64,000 nucleotides of DNA. Origin: Vulcanimicrobiota bacterium (lineage in GTDB: Bacteria; Vulcanimicrobiota; Vulcanimicrobiia; Vulcanimicrobiales; Vulcanimicrobiaceae). Position numbers and translations under genes: made by a program. This document shows, piece by piece, positions 63,088-64,000 of this stretch. The notes under the pieces were generated by a model that saw only the letters and a program-made list of their open reading frames with translations, ran no database searches and was not told the origin of the DNA. Positions within the stretch are counted from its first letter, which is position 1, and every line of letters starts with the position of its first letter. The stretch is taken from positions 32,001 through 96,000 of the forward strand of contig CAWAXX010000001.1 in the NCBI GenBank assembly GCA_963786105.1, read 5' to 3'.

Positions 63088-64000
63088 TTAGAGTGCGATG
63101 CGTTTGAAATCGCCGAGCACCGCGCTCACAAAGGAAAGGAAGCGGGCGGCACCGGCGCCGTCGACGACGCGATGGTCGTAGCTGACGCTGATGGGAAGCA
63201 TCAAACGCGGCACGAACTCGCGGCCGTTCCACATGGGCTTGGTGGATGCGCGAACCGCGCCGAGAATCGCAACCTCGGGTGCGTTGACGATCTGCGTGAA
63301 GGCGGTGCCGCCGATCCCGCCGATCGAGGAAATCGTGAAGGTGCCGCCCTGCATGTCGCCGAGCGTGAGCTTTCCTTCGCGCGCTTTGCCCGCGAGCTCG
63401 GCAGTCTCGGAGGCGATCGCCAGCAGCCCCTTTGCATCGGCATTCTTCAAAACCGGAACGACCAGCCCGTTGGGGGTGTCGGCGGCAAACCCGATGTTGT
63501 AGTAACGCTTGTAGATCAACTCGTCGCCGTCGAGCGAGGCGTTGAATTCCGGAAAGCGTTGCAACGCCGCCGTCGACGCCCTCACGAGAAATGCCAGCAT
63601 GGTGAGCTTGGCACCGTTGCCGCGTTTGCTTTGCTCGGCGTTGATCTGGTTGCGAAACGCTTCGAGGTCGGTGATGTCGGCCTCGTCGTAGTTCGTAATG
63701 TGCGGAATCGACAGCCAGTTGCGGTGCAGGTTCGGGCCCGAGAGCTTCTTGATGCGGCCGAGTGGTTTGCGCTCGATCGTACCGTATTGCGCGAAATCGA
63801 CCTTCGGCCACGGCGGCAAGCCGCCGCCGATCGCCGTGCCGCTCGCTTCGGCCGTGCCGCCGCGCCGCAATGCGGCTTTGACGAAGTTTTGCACGTCGTC
63901 GCGGGTGATGCGCCCGCGCGGACCCGTTCCGTCGAGGGCGGCGAGCTGCACGCCGAGTTCGCGCGCAAAGCGCCGAATCGCCGGGCTCGCATGCACGATG
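63088..64000 (-). CDS. aceF: Dihydrolipoamide acetyltransferase (PDH E2), 5' part outside the window
   Basis: HASPAIRRFARELGV, GTGPRGRI, GGTFTISS and SYDHRVVDG motifs. Confidence 0.93.
   Translation of the reverse strand, partial: IVHASPAIRRFARELGVQLAALDGTGPRGRITRDDVQNFVKAALRRGGTAEASGTAIGGGLPPWPKVDFAQYGTIERKPLGRIKKLSGPNLHRNWLSIPHITNYDEADITDLEAFRNQINAEQSKRGNGAKLTMLAFLVRASTAALQRFPEFNASLDGDELIYKRYYNIGFAADTPNGLVVPVLKNADAKGLLAIASETAELAGKAREGKLTLGDMQGGTFTISSIGGIGGTAFTQIVNAPEVAILGAVRASTKPMWNGREFVPRLMLPISVSYDHRVVDGAGAARFLSFVSAVLGDFKRIAL

Overview
A GC-rich, gene-dense bacterial chromosomal segment with about 75 CDS and no recognisable rRNA, tRNA, CRISPR array, integrase or transposase. Gene content suggests an aerobic soil bacterium, possibly Eremiobacterota/Vulcanimicrobiota; this is an impression, not a search result. 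Main blocks: a putative amino-sugar operon (FAD oxidoreductase, HExxH protein, BadF-type kinase, nanE); a caa3-type cytochrome oxidase operon converging on ctaA-ctaB-MFS; a general-stress cluster (Nramp, two lmo0937-family paralogues, Crp, STAS, topoisomerase IB, small proteins); prfC; lipid-remodelling genes; permease-egtD-ligD(pol)-ligC; a multicopper oxidase; an osmoprotectant ABC transporter; ppk1; bolA-grx-sseA; rnd-acnA; aceF. Best non-obvious signals: (1) a candidate stand-alone ~135-nt structured small RNA on the minus strand (57278-57412) with its own sigma70-type promoter and intrinsic terminator; (2) five SigB/SigF-like promoters (GTTT..-N13/14-GGGWA) that outline a stress regulon; (3) a dispersed TGTCATCCTGAG REP/MITE-like family sitting only between convergent genes, including a 231-bp nested palindrome; (4) a 52-aa gene missing from the ORF track. 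About a dozen apparent frameshifts, mostly at 23.5-36 kb, are most likely sequencing or assembly indels.
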